From NCBI GenBank assembly GCA_964016885.1, contig OZ024740.1, forward strand, positions 16,368,001 through 16,432,000: a DNA stretch of 64,000 nucleotides, written 5' to 3'. This DNA is from Eledone cirrhosa (Eukaryota). Both the position numbers and the translations under genes were made by a program. Positions 12,501 through 26,900 of the stretch are shown here, piece by piece (position 1 is the stretch's first letter; each line of letters begins with the position of its first letter). Below the pieces are notes generated by a model, which searched no databases, was not told where the DNA came from, and worked only from the letters and a program-made list of their open reading frames with translations.

Positions 12501-13999
12501 TGGCTTCTAGACGGAGGTTTACAAAGAGATATCAGTGTAAATATGGTTACTTCTAGACAGAGGTTTACAGGGAGACATCTGTGTAAATATGGTTGGTTCT
12601 GGACAGAGGTTTACAGGGAGACATCTGTGTAAATATGGTGGCTTCTAGACAAAGCTTTACAGGGAGACATCAGTGTAAATATGGTGGCTTCTAGACAGAG
12701 GTTTACTGGGAGACATCAGTGTAAATATGGTGGCTTCTAGACAAAGCTTTACAGGGAGACATCAGTGTAAATATGGTGGCTTCTAGACAGAGCTTTACAG
12801 GGAGACATCAGTGTAAAAAGGGTGGCTTCTAGACAGAGCTTTACAGGGAGACATCACTGTAAAAATGGTTGCTTCTGGACAGAGGTTTACAGGGAGACAT
12901 CAGTGTAAATATGGTGGCTTCTGGACAGAGGTTTACAGGGAGACATCAGTGTAAATATGTTGGCTTCTAGACAGAGGTTTACAGGGAAACATCAGTGTAA
13001 ATAAGGTGGCTTCTGGATAGAGGTTTACAGGGAGACATCAGTGTAAATATGGTGGCTTCTGGACAGAGGTTTACAGGGAGACATCAGTGTAAATATGGTG
13101 ACTTCTGGACAGAGTTTACAGGGAGATATCAGTGTTAATATGGTGGCTTCTGGACAGAGCTTTACAGGGAGACATCAGTGTAAATATGGTGGCTTCTGGA
13201 CAGAGGTTTACAGGGAGACATCAGTGTAAATATGGTGGGTCCTAGACAGGTTTACAGGGAGACATCAGTGTAAATATGGTTGCTTCTAGACAGAGGTTTA
13301 CAGGGAGACATCAGTGTAAATATGGTGGCTTCTGGACAGAGGTTTACAGGGAGACATCAGTGTAAAAATGGTTGCTTCTAGACAGAGGTTTACAGGGAGA
13401 CCTCAGTGTAAATATGGTGGCTTCTGGACAGAGGTTTACAGGGAGACATTAGTGTAAATATGGTGGCTTCTGGACAAAGCTTTACAGGGAGACATCAGTG
13501 TAAATATGGTGGCATCTGGACAGAGGTTTACAGGGACACATCAGTGTAAATATGGTGGCTTCTAGACAGAGGTTTACAGGGAGACATCAGTGGTGTAAAT
13601 ATGGTGGCTTCTGTACAGAGGTTTACAGGGAGACATCAGTGTAAATATGGTGGCTTCTAGACAGAGATTTACAGGGACACAACAGTGTAAATATGGTGGC
13701 TTCTAGAGAGAGCTTTACAGGGAGATATCAGAGTAAATATGGTGGCTTCTGGACAGAGGTTTACAGGGAGACATCAGTGTAAATATGGTGGCATCTGGAC
13801 AGAGGTTTACAGGGAGACATTAGTGTAAATATGGTGGCTTCTAGACAGAGCTTTACAGGGAGATATCAGAGTAAATATGGTGGCTTCTGGACAGAGGTTT
13901 ACAGGGAGACATCAGTGTAAATATGGTGGCATCTGGACAGAGGTTTACAAGGAGACATCAGTGTAAATATGGTGGCTTCTGGACAGAGATTTACAGGGA

Positions 14000-16900
14000 G
14001 ATATCAGTATAAATATGGTGGCTTCTGGACAGAGGTTTATAGGGAGACATCAGTGTAAATATGGTGACTTCTGGACAGAGGTTTACAAGGAGACATCAGT
14101 GTAAATATGGTGTCTTCTGGACAGAGCTTTACAGGGAGACATTAGTGAAAATATGGTGGCTTCTGGACAGAACTTTACAAGGAGACATCAGTGTAAATAT
14201 GGTGGCTTCTGGACAGAGCTTTACAGGGAGACATTAGTGTAAATATCGTGGGTTCTGGACAGAGGTTTACAGGGAGACATCAGTGTAAATGTGGTGGCAT
14301 CTGGACAGAGGTTTAAAGGGACACATCAGTGTAAATATGATGGCTTCTGGACAGAGCTTTACAGGGAGACATTAGTGTAAATATCGTGGCTTCTGGACAG
14401 AGCTTTACAGGGAGACATCAGTGTAAATATGGTGGCATCTGGACAGAGGTTTAAAGGGACACATCAGTGTAAATATGATGGCTACTAGACAGAGCTTTAC
14501 AGGGAGACATCAGTGTAAATATGGTGGCTTCTAGACAGGTTTACAGGGAGACATCTGTGTAATTATGGTGGCTTCTGGACAGAGGTTTACAGGGAGACAT
14601 CAGTGTAAATATGGTTGCTTCTAGACAGTGGTTTACAGGGAGACATCAGTGTAAATATGGTGGCTTCTGGACAGAGGTTTACAGGGAGACATCAGTGTAA
14701 ATATGGTTGCTTCTAGACAGAGGTTTACAGGGAGACATCAGTGTAAATATGTTGGCTTCTGGACAGAGGTTTACTGGGAGACATCAGTGTAAAAATGGTT
14801 GCTTCTAGACAGAGGTTTACAGGGAGACCTCAGTGTAAATATGGTGGCTTCTGGACAGAGCTTAACAGGGAGACATCAGTGTAAATATGGTGGCATCTGG
14901 ACAGAGGTTTACAGGGACACATCAGTGTAAATATGGTGGCTTCTAGACAGAGCTTTACAGGGAGACATCAGTGGTGTAAATATGGTGGCTTCTGGACAGA
15001 GATTTACAGGGAGACATCAGTGTAAATATGGTGGCATCTGGACAGAGCTTTACATGGACACATCAGTGTAAATATGGGGGCTTCTAGACAGAGCTTTACA
15101 GGGAGATATCAGAGTAAATATGGTGGCTTCTGGACAGAGGTTTACAGGTAGACATCAGTGTAAATATGGTGGCTTCTAGAGAGAGCTTTACAGGGAGATA
15201 TCAGAGTAAATATGGTGGCTTCTTGACAGAGGTTTACAGGGAGACATCAGTGTAAATATGGTGGCTTCTAGACGGAGGTTTACAGGGAGCCATCAGTGTA
15301 AATTTGGTGGCTTCTGGACAGAGGTTTACAGGGAGACATTAGTGTAAGTATAGTGGCTTCAGGACAGAGCTTTACAGGGAGACATCAGTGTAAATATGTT
15401 GGCTTCTGGACAGAAGTTTACAGAGAGCATCATTGTAAATATGGTGACTTCTGGACAGAGGTTTACAGGGAGACATCAGTGTAAATATGGTGGGTTCTAG
15501 ACAGAGGTTTACAGGGAGACATCTGTGTAAATATGGTGGCTTCTGGACAGAGTTTTACAGGGAGACATCAGTGTAAATGTGGTGGCTTCTAGATAGAGGT
15601 TTACAGGGAGACATCAGTGTAAATATGGTGGCTTCTAGACAGAGCTTTACAGGGAGATATCAGAGTAAATATCGTGGCTTCTAGACAAAGCTTTACAGGG
15701 AGACATCAGTGTAAATATGGTGGCTTCTGGACAGAGGTTTACATGGAGATATCAGTGTAAATATGGTTGCTTCTTGATAGAGCTTTACAGGGAGACATCA
15801 GTGTAAATATGGTGACTTCTGGACAGAGTTTTACAGAGAGACATCAGTGTAAATATGGTGGCTTCTGGACAGAAGTTTACAGAGAGTATCAGTGTAAATA
15901 TGGTGACTTCTGGACAGAGGTTTACAGGGAGACATCAGTGTAAATATGGTTGGTTCTAGACAGAGGTTTACAGGGAGACATCTGTGTAAATATGGTGGCT
16001 TCTGTACAGAGGTTTACAGGGAGACATCAGTGTAAATATGGTGGCTTCTAGACAGAGGTTTACTGGGAGACATCACTGTAAATATGGTGTCTTCTGGACA
16101 GAGCTTTACAGGGAGACATTAGTGTAAATATGGTGGCTTCTAGACAGAGCTATACAGGGAGATATCAGAGTAAATATGGTGGCTTATGGACAGAGGTTTA
16201 CAGGGAGACATCAGTGTAAATATGGTGGCTTCTAGACAGAGGTTTACAGGGAGACATCAGTGTAAATATGGTGGCTTCTGGACAGAGGTTTACAGGGAGA
16301 CATCAGTGTAAATGTGGTGGCATCTGGACAGAGGTTTACAATGAGACATCAGTGTAAATATGGTGTCTTCTGGACAGAGCTTTACAGGGAGACATTAGTG
16401 TAAATATGGTCGCTTCTAGACAGAGCTTTACAGGGAGATATCAGAGTGAATATGGTGGCTTCTGGACAGAGGTTTACATGGAGATATCAGTGTAAATATG
16501 GTGGCTTCTGGACAGAGCTTTACAAGGAGACGTCACTGTAAATATGGTGGCTTCTAGACAGAGGTTTACAGGGAGACATCAGTGTAAATATGGTGGCTTC
16601 TAGACAGAGGTTTACAGGGAGACATCAGTGTAAATATGGTGGCTTCTAGACGGAGGTTTACAGGGAGATATCCGTGTAAATATGGTGTCTTCTGGACAGA
16701 GGTTTACAGGGAGATATCAGTGTAAATATGGTGTCTTCTGGACAGAGCTTTACAGGGAGATATCAGAGTAAATATGGTGGCTTCTGGACAGAGCTTTACA
16801 GGGAGACATCAGTGTAAATATAGTGGCTTCTGGAGAGAGGATTACAGGGAGACATCAGTGTAAATATGGCGGCTTCTAGACAGAGATTTACAGGGAGACA

Positions 16901-19890
16901 TCAGAGTAAATATGGTGGCTTCTAGATAGAGGTTTACAGGGAGACAACAGTGTAAATATGGTGGCTTCTAGACAGAGATTTACAGGGCGACATCTGTGTA
17001 AATATGGTGGCTTCTGGACAGAGGTTTACAGGGAGATATCAGTATAAATATGGTGGCTTCTGGACAGAGGTTTATAGGGAGACATCAGTGTAAATATGGT
17101 GACTTCTGGACAGAGGTTTACAAGGAGACATCAGTGTAAATATGGTGTCTTCTGGACAGAGCTTTACAGGGAGGTATCAGAGTAAATATGGTGGCTTCTG
17201 GACAGAGGTTTACAGGGAGACATCAGTGTAAATATGGTGGCTTCTAGAGAGAGCTTTACAGGGAGATATCAGAGTAAATATGGTGGCTTCTTGACAGAGG
17301 TTTACAGGGAGACATCAGTGTAAATATGGTGGCATCTGGACAGAGGTTTAAAGGGACACATCAGTGTAAATATGATGGCTTCTGGACAGAGCTTTACAGG
17401 GAGACATTAGTGTAAATATCGTGGCTTCTGGACAGAGCTTTACAGGGAGACATCAGTGTAAATATGGTGGCATCTGGACAGAGGTTTAAAGGGACACATC
17501 AGTGTAAATATGATGGCTTCTAGACAGAGCTTTACAGGGAGACATCAGTGTAAATATGGTGGCTTCTAGAGAGGTTTACAGGGAGACATCTGTGTAATTA
17601 TGGTGGCTTCTGGACAGAGGTTTACAGGGAGACATCAGTGTAAATATGGTTGCTTCTAGACAGAGGTTTACAGGGAGACATCAGTGTAAATATGGTGGCT
17701 TCTGGACAGAGGTTTACTGGGAGACATCAGTGTAAAAATGGTTGCTTCTAGACAGAGGTTTACAGGGAGACCTCAGTGTAAATATGGTGGCTTCTGGACA
17801 GAGCTTAACAGGGAGACATCAGTGTAAAGATGGTGGCATCTGGACAGAGGTTTACAGGGACACATCAGTGTAAATATGGTGGCTTCTAGACAGAGCTTTA
17901 CAGGGAGACATCAGTGGTGTAAATATGGTGGCTTCTGGACAGAGATTTACAGGGAGACATCAGTGTAAATATGGTGGCATCTGGACAGAGCTTTACAGGG
18001 ACACATCAGTGTAAATATGGGGGCTTCTAGACAGAGCTTTACAGGGAGATATCAGAGTAAATATGGTGGGTTCTGGACAGAGGTTTACAGGGAGACATCA
18101 GTGTAAATATGGTCGCTTCTAGAGAGAGCTTTACAGGGAGATATCAGAGTAAATATGGTGGCTTCTTGACAGAGGTTTACAGGGAGACATCAGTGTAAAT
18201 ATGGTGGCTTCTAGACGGAGGTTTACAGGGAGCCATCAGTGTAAATTTGGTGGCTTCTGGACAGAGGTTTACAGGGAGACATTAGTGTAAGTATGGTGGC
18301 TTCAGGACAGAGCTTTACAGGGAGACATCAGTGTAAATATGTTGGCTTCTGGACAGAAGTTTACAGAGAGCATCATTGTAAATATGGTGACTTCTGGACA
18401 GAGGTTTACAGGGAGACATCAGTGTAAATATGGTGGGTTCTAGACAGAGGTTTACAGGGAGACATCTGTGTAAATATGGTGGCTTCTGGACAGAGTTTTA
18501 CAGGGAGACATCAGTGTAAATGTGGTGGCTTCTAGATAGAGGTTTACAGGGAGACATCAGTGTAAATATGGTGGCTTCTAGACAGAGCTTTACAGGGAGA
18601 TATCAGAGTAAATATCGTGGCTTCTAGACAAAGCTATACAGGGAGACATCAGTGTAAATATGGTGGCTTCTGGACAGAGGTTTACATGGAGATATCAGTG
18701 TAAATATGGTGGCTTCTTGATAGAGCTTTACAGGGAGACATCAGTGTAAATATGGTGACTTCTGGACAGAGTTTTACAGAGAGACATCAGTGTAAATATG
18801 GTGGCTTCTGGACAGAAGTTTACAGAGAGTATCAGTGTAAATATGGTGACTTCTGGACAGAGGTTTACAGGGAGACATCAGTGTAAATATGGTTGGTTCT
18901 AGACAGAGGTTTACAGGGAGACATCTGTGTAAATATGGTGGCTTCTGTACAGAGGTTTACAGGGAGACATTAGTGTAAATATGGTGGCTTCTAGACAGAG
19001 CTATACAGGGAGATATCAGAGTAAATATGGTGGCTTATGGACAGAGGTTTACAGGGAGACATCAGTGTAAATATGGTGGCTTCTAGACGGAGGTTTACAG
19101 GGAGACATCAGTGTAAATATGGTGGCTTCTGGACAGAGGTTTACAGGGAGACATCAGTGTAAATGTGGTGGCATCTGGACAGAGGTTTACAATGAGACAT
19201 CAGTGTAAATATGGTGTCTTCTGGACAGAGCTTTACAGGGAGACATTAGTGTAAATATGGTCGCTTCTAGACAGAGCTTTACAGGAAGATATCAGAGTGA
19301 ATATGGTGGCTTCTGGACAGAGGTTTACATGGAGATATCAGTGTAAATATGGTGGCTTCTGGACAGAGCTTTACAAGGAGACATCACTGTAAATATGGTG
19401 GCTTCTAGACAGAGGTTTACAGGGAGACATCAGTGTAAATATGGTGGCTTCTAGACAGAGGTTTACAGGGAGACATCAGTGTAAATATGGTGGCTTCTAG
19501 ACGGAGGTTTACAGGGAGATATCCGTGTAAATATGGTGTCTTCTGGACAGAGGTTTACAGGGAGATATCAGTGTAAATATGGTGTCTTCTGGACAGAGCT
19601 TTACAGGGAGATATCAGAGTAAATATGGTGGCTTCTGGACAGAGCTTTACAGGGAGACATCAGTGTAAATATAGTGGCTTCTGGAGAGAGGATTACAGGG
19701 AGACATCAGTGTAAATATGGTGGCTTCTAGACAGAGATTTACAGGGAGACATCAGAGTAAATATGGTGGCTTCTAGATAGAGGTTTACAGGGAGACAACA
19801 GTGTAAATATGGTGGCTTCTGGACAGAGGTTTACAGGGAGACATCTGTGTAAATATGGTGGCTTCTGGACAGAGGTTTACAGGGAGATAT
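14000..19890 (+). repeat. ~3.0-kb tandem duplication (about 14000-17035 / 17036-19890)
   Basis: Shared rare markers: ATATCAGTATAAAT 14001/17036 (offset 3035), CTTAACAGGG 14861/17804 (2943), AATATGGGGG 15071/18014 (2943), TCCGTG 16671/19522 (2851). Offsets step down by 92 bp. Confidence 0.85.
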
Positions 19891-22800
19891 CAGTGTAAAT
19901 ATGGTGGCTTCTAGACAGAGGTTTACAGGGAGACATCAGTGTAAATATGGTGGCTTCTAGACAGAGCTTTACAGGGAGATATCAGAGTAAATATGGTGGC
20001 TTCTATACAAAACATTACAGGGAGACATCAGTGTAAATATGGTGGCTTCTAGACAGAGGTTTACTGGGAGACATCAGTTTAAATATGGTGGCTTCTAGAC
20101 AAAGCTTTACTGGGAGACATCAGTGTAAATATGGTGGCTTCTAGACAGAGCTTTACAGGGAGACATCAGTGTAAATATGGTGGCTTCTGGACAGAGGTTT
20201 ACAGGGAGATATCAGTGTAAATATGGTGGCAACTAGACAGAGCTTTGCTGGGAGACATCAGTGTAAATATGGGGTCTTCTGGACAGAGCTTTACAGGGAG
20301 ACATTAGTGTAAATATGGTAGCTTCTAGTCAGAGCTTTACAGGGAGATATTAGAGTAAATATGGTGGCTTCTAGACAAAGCTTTACATGGAGACATCAGT
20401 GTAAATATGGTGGCTTCTAGACAGAGGTTTACTGGGAGACATCAGTGTAAATATGGTGGCATCTGGACAAAGGTTTACAGGGACAATCAGTGTAAATATG
20501 GTGGCTTCTTGACAGAGCTTTACAGGGAGATATCAGAGTAAATATGGTGGCTTCTAGACAGAGGTTTACAGGGAGACATCAGAGTAAATATGGTGGCTTC
20601 TAGACAGAGGTTTACAGGGAGACATCAGTGTAAATATGGTGGCTTCTGGATAGAGGTTTATAGGGAGATATCAGTGTTAATATGGTGGCTTCTGGACAGA
20701 GGTTTACAGGGAGACATCAGTGTAAATCTGGTGGCATCTGGACAGAGGTTTACAGGGAGACATCAGTGTAAATATGGTGTCTTCTGGACTGAGCTTTACA
20801 GGGAGACATTAGTGTAAATATGGTGGCTTCTAGTCAGAGCTGTACAGGGAGATATCAGAGTAAATATGGTGGCTTTTAGACAAAGCTTTACAGGAAGACA
20901 TCAGTGTAAATATGGTGGCTTCTAGACAGAGGTTTACTGAGAGACATCAGTCTAAATATGGTGGCTTCTAGACAAAGTTTTACAGGGAGACATCAGTGTA
21001 AATATGGTGGCTTCTAGACAGAGCTTTACAGGGAGACATCAGTGTAAATATGGTGGCTTCTAGACAGAGCTTTACAGGGAAACATCAGTGTAGAAATGGT
21101 TGCTTCTGGACAGAGGTTTACAGGGAGACATCACTGTAAATATGGTGGCTTCTGGACAGAGGTTTACAGGGAGACATTAGTGTAAATATGGTGGCTTCTG
21201 GACAGAGGTTTATAGGGAGATATCAGTGTTAATATGGTGGCTTCTGGACAGAGGTTTACAGGGAGACATCAGTGTAAATGTGGTGGCATCTGGACAGAGG
21301 TTTACAGGGAGACATCAGTGTAAATATGGTGTCTTCTGGACAGAGCTTTACAGGGAGACATTAGTGTAAATATGGTGGCTTCTAGCGAGAGCTTTACAGG
21401 GAGATATCAGAGTAAATATGGTGGCTTCTAGACAAAGCTTTACAGGGAGACATCACTGTAAATATGGTGGCTTCTAGACAGTGGTTTACTGGGAGACACC
21501 AGTGTAAATATGGTGGCTTCTAGACAAAGTTTTACAGGGAGACATCAGTGTAAATATGGTGGCTTCTAGACAGAGCTTTACAGGGAGACATCAGTGTAAA
21601 TATGGTGGCTTCTGGACAGAGGTTTACAGGGAGATATCAATGTAAATATGGTGGCTTCTAGACAGAGCTTTGCAGGGAGACATCAGTGTAAATATGGTGG
21701 CTTCTGGACAGAGGTTTACAGGCAGACATCAGTGTAAATGTGGTGGCATCTGGACAGAGGTTTACAGGGAGACATCAGTGTAAATATGGTGTCTTCTGGA
21801 CAGAGCTTTACAGGGAGACATTAGTGTAAATATGGTGGCTTCTAGTCAGAGCTTTACAGGGAGATATCAGAGTAAATATTGTGGCTTCTAGACAAAGCTT
21901 TACAGGGAGACATCAGTGTAAATATGGTGGCTTCTAGACAGAGGATTACTGGGAGACATCAGTGTAAATATGGTGGCATCTGGACAAAGGTTTACAGGGA
22001 CACATCAGTGTAAATATGGTGGCTTCTTGACAGAGCTTTACAGGGAGATATCAGAGTAAATATGGTGGCTTCTAGACAGAGGTTTACTGGGAGACATCAG
22101 TGTAAATATGGTGGCTTCTGGATTGAGGTTTACAGGGAGACATCAGTGTAAATATGGTGGATTCTGGACAGAGGTTTACAGGGAGACATCAGTGTAAATA
22201 TGGTGGCTTCTGGACAGAGCTTTACAGGGAGATATCAGTGTAAATATGGTGGCTTCTGGACAGTGGTTTACAGGGAGACATCAGTGTAAATATGGTGGCT
22301 TCTGGACAGAGGTATACAGGGAGACATCAGTGTAAATATGGTGGCTTCTAGACAGAGGTTTACAGGGAGACATCAGAGTAAATATGTTTGCTTCTAGACA
22401 GAGCTTTACAGGGAGATATCAGAGTAAATATGGTGGCTTCTAAACAAAGCTTTACAGAGAGACATCAGTGTAAATATGGTTGCTTCTAGACAGGTTTACT
22501 GGGAGACATCAGTGTAAATATCGTGGCTTCTAGACAGAGCTTTACAGGGAGACATCAGTGTAAATATGGTGGCATCTGGACAGAGGTTTACAGGGACACA
22601 TTAGTGTAAATATGGTGGCTTCTAGACAGAGCTTTACAGGGAGACATCAGTGGTGTAAATATGGTGGCTTCTGGACAGAGATTTACAGGGAGACATCAGT
22701 GTAAATATGGTGGCATCTGGACAGAGCTTTACAGGGACACATCAGAGTAAATATGGTGGCTTCTTGACAGAGCTTTACAGGGAGACATCAGTGTAAATAT

Positions 22801-25800
22801 GGTGGCTTCTGGACAGAAGTTTACAGAGAGTATCAGTGTAAATATGGTGACTTCTGGACAGAGGTTTACAGGGAGACATCAGTGTAAATATGGTTGGTTC
22901 TAGACAGAGGTTTACAGGGAGACATCTGTGTAAATATGGTGGCTTCTGTACAGAGGTTTACAGGGAGACATCAGTGTAAATATGGTGGCTTCTAGACAGA
23001 GGTTTACTGGGAGACATCACTGTAAATATGGTGTCTTCTGGACAGAGCTTTACAGGGAGACATTAGTGTAAATATGGTGGCTTCTAGACAGAGCTATACA
23101 GGGAGATATCAGAGTAAATATGGTGGCTTCTGGACAGAGGTTTACAGGGAGACATCAGTGTAAATATGGTGGCTTCTAGACAGAGGTTTACAGGGAGACA
23201 TCAGTGTAAATATGGTGGCTTCTGGACAGAGGTTTACAGGGAGACATCAGTGTAAATGTGGTGGCATCTGGACAGAGGTTTACAATGAGACATCAGTGTA
23301 AATATGGTGTCTTCTGGACAGAGCTTTACAGGGAGACATTAGTGTAAATATGGTCGCTTCTAGACAGAGCTTTACAGGGAGATATCAGAGTGAATATGGT
23401 GGCTTCTGGACAGAGGTTTACAGGGAGATATCAGTGTAAATATGGTGGCTTCTGGACAGAGCTTTACAAGGAGACATCACTGTAAATATGGTGGCTTCTA
23501 GACAGAGGTTTACAGGGAGACATCAGTGTAAATATGGTGGCTTCTAGACAGAGGTTTACAGGGAGACATCAGTGTAAATATGGTGGCTTCTAGACGGAGG
23601 TTTACAGGGAGATATCCGTGTAAATATGGTGTCTTCTGGACAAAGGTTTACAGGGAGATATCAGTGTAAATATGGTGTCTTCTGGACAGAGCTTTACAGG
23701 GAGATATCAGAGTAAATATGGTGGCTTCTGGACAGAGCTTTACAGGGAGACATCAGTGTAAATATAGTGGCTTCTGGAGAGAGGATTACAGGGAGACATC
23801 AGTGTAAATATGGTGGCTTCTAGACAGAGATTTACAGGGAGACATCACAGTAAATATGGTGGCTTCTAGATAGAGGTTTACAGGGAGACAACAGTGTAAA
23901 TATGGTGGCTTCTAGACAGAGATTTACAGGGAGACATCTGTGTAAATATGGTGGCTTCTGGACAGAGGTTTACAGGGAGATATCAGTGTAAATATGGTGG
24001 CTTCTAGACAGAGCTTTGCAGGGAGACATCAGTGTAAATATGGTGGCTTCTGGACAGAGGTTTACAGGGAGACATCAGTGTAAATGTGGTGGCATCTGGA
24101 CAGAGGTTTAATGGGAGACATCAGTGTAAATATGGTGGCTTCTAGACAAAGCTTTACAGGGAGACATCAGTGTAAATATGGTGGCTTCTAGACAGAGCTT
24201 TACAGGGAGACATCAGTGTAAATATGGTGGCTTCTGGACAGAGGTTTACAGGGAGATATCAGTGTAAATATGGTGGCTTCTAGACAGAGCTTTGCAGGGA
24301 GACATCAGTGTAAATATGGTGGCTTCTGGACAGAGGTTTACAGGGAGACATCAGTGTAAATGTGGTGGCATCTGGACAGAGGTTTACAGGGAGACATCAG
24401 TGTAAATATGGTGTCTTCTGGACAGAGCTTTACAGGGAGACATTAGTGTAAATATGGTAGCTTCTAGTCAGAGCTTTACAGGGAGATATCAGAGTAAATA
24501 TGGTGGCTTCTAGACAAAGCTTTACAGGGAGACATCAGTGTAAATATGGTGGCTTCTAGACAGAGGTTTACTGGGAGACATCAGTGTAAATATGGTGGCT
24601 TCTAGACAAAGCTTTACAGGGAGACATCAGTGTAAATATGGTGGCTTCTTGACAGAGCTTTACAGGGAGATATCAGAGTAAATATGGTGGCTTCTAGACA
24701 GAGGTTTACAGGGAGACATCAGAGTAAATATGGTGGCTTCTAGACAGAGGTTTACAGGGAGACATCAGTGTAAATATGGTGGCTTCTGGATAGAGGTTAA
24801 TAGGGAGATATCAGTGTTAATATGGTGGCTTCTGGACAGAGGTTTACAGGGAGACATCAGTGTAAATCTGGTGGCATCTGGACAGAGGTTTACAGGGAGA
24901 CATCAGTGTAAATATGGTGTCTTCTGGACTGAGCTTTACAGCGAGACATTAGTGTAAATATGGTGGCTTCTAGTCAGAGCTGTACAGGGAGATATCAGAG
25001 TAAATATGGTGGCTTTTAGACAAAGCTTTACAGGAAGACATCAGTGTAAATATGGTGGCTTCTAGACAGAGGTTTACTGAGAGACATCAGTCTAAATATG
25101 GTGGCTTCTAGACAAAGTTTTACAGGGAGACATCAGTGTAAATAGGGTGGCTTCTAGACAGAGCTTTACAGGGAGACATCAGTGTAAATATGGTGGCTTC
25201 TAGACAGAGCTTTACAGGGAAACATCAGTGTAGAAATGGTTGCTTCTGGACAGAGGTTTACAGGGAGACATTAGTGTAAATATGGTGGCTTCTGGACAGA
25301 GGTTTATAGGGAGATATCAGTGTTAATATGGTGGCTTCTGGACAGAGGTTTACAGGGAGACATCAGTGTAAATGTGGTGGCATCTGGACAGAGGTTTACA
25401 GGGTGACATCAGTGTAAATATGGTGTCTTCTGGACAGAGCTTTACAGGGAGACATTAGTGTAAATATGGTGGCTTCTAGTCAGAGCTTTACAGGGAGATA
25501 TCAGAGTAAATATGGTGGCTTCTAGACAAAGCTTTACAGGGAGACATCACTGTAAATATGGTGGCTTTCTAGACAGTGGTTTACTGGGAGACACCAGTGT
25601 AAATATGGTGGCTTCTAGACAAAGTTTTACAGGGAGACATCAGTGTAAATATGGTGGCTTCTAGACAGAGCTTTACAGGGAGACATCAGTGTAAATATGG
25701 TGGCTTCTGGACAGAGGTTTACAGGGAGATATCAGTGTAAATATGGTGGCTTCTAGACAGAGCTTTGCAGGGAGACATCAGTGTAAATATGGTGGCTTCT

Positions 25801-26900
25801 GGACAGAGGTTTACAGGGAGACATCAGTGTAAATGTGGTGGCATCTGGACAGAGGTTTACAGGGAGACATCAGTGTAAATATGGTGTCTTCTGGACAGAG
25901 CTTTACAGGGAAACATTAGTGTAAATATGGTGGCTTCTAGTCAGCTGCTTTACAGGGAGATATCAGAGTAAATATGGTGGCTTCTAGACAAAGCTTTACA
26001 GGGAGACATCAGTGTAAATATGGTGGCTTCTAGACAGAGGTTTACTGGGAGACATCAGTGTAAATATGGTGGCATCTGGACAAAGGTTTACAGGGACACA
26101 TCAGTGTAAATATGGTGGCTTCTTGACAGAGCTTTACAGGGAGATATCAGAGTAAATATGGTGGCTTCTAGACAGAGGTTTACTGGGAGACATCAGTGTA
26201 AATATGGTGGCTTCTGGACAGAGGTTTACAGGGAGACATCAGTGTAAATATGGTGGCTTCTGGACAGAGCTTTACAGGGAGATATCACTGTAAATATGGT
26301 GGCTTCTGGACAGCGGTTTACAGGGAGACATCAGTGTAAATATGGTGGCTTCTGGACAGAGGTTTACAGGGAGATATCAATGTAAATATGGTGGCTTATG
26401 GACAGAGGTATACAGGGAGACATCAGTGTAAATATGGTGGCTTCTAGACAGAGGTTTACAGGGAGACATCAGAGTAAATATGGTGGCTTCTAGACAGAGC
26501 TTTACAGGGAGATATCAGAGTAAATATGGTGGCTTCTAAACAAAGCTTTACAGAGAGACATCAGTGTAAATATGGTGGCTTCTAGACAGGTTTACTGGGA
26601 GACATCAGTGTAAATATCGTGGCTTCTAGACAGAGCTTTACAGGGAGACATCAGTGTAAATATGGTGGCATCTGGACAGAGGTTTACAGGGACACATTAG
26701 TGTAAATATGGTGGCTTCTAGACAGAGCTTTACAGGGAGACATCAGTGGTGTAAATATGGTGGCTTCTGGACAGAGATTTACAGGGAGACATCAGTGTAA
26801 ATATGGTGGCATCTGGACAGAGGTTTACAGGGACACATCAGAGTAAATATGGTGGCTTCTTGACAGAGCTTTACAGGGAGACATCAGTGTAAATATGGTG
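18780..26900 (+). repeat. ~4.1-kb tandem duplication (about 18780-22800 / 22800-26900)
   Basis: Markers TCCGTG 19522/23615 (4093), near-identical ORFs 20590/24730 (4140 = 90x46), GAGTAAATATGGTGGCTTCTTGAC 22745/26841 (4096). Boundaries approximate. Confidence 0.82.

Larger units (their letters stand above)
1..22906 (+). repeat. ~41-kb macro-repeat, copy A (portion with a partner in the window)
   Basis: Rare variants recur in the same order at stepwise offsets 41651, 41649, 41511, 41189, 41140, 41232, 41094 (e.g. ACAGGTAGAC 251/41902; identical ORFs 10430/51619 and 20590/61684; window end matches 22906). Confidence 0.95.

Noticed and set aside
16863-16873. YY1-like AATATGGCGGC (also 58003-58013), suggesting the consensus ATGGTGGC is a deaminated YY1 site
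   Set aside because: Paralogous monomers near 19712 and 23803 have GTG, so the CG is most simply a recent single mutation copied by the 41-kb duplication, not an ancestral relic.
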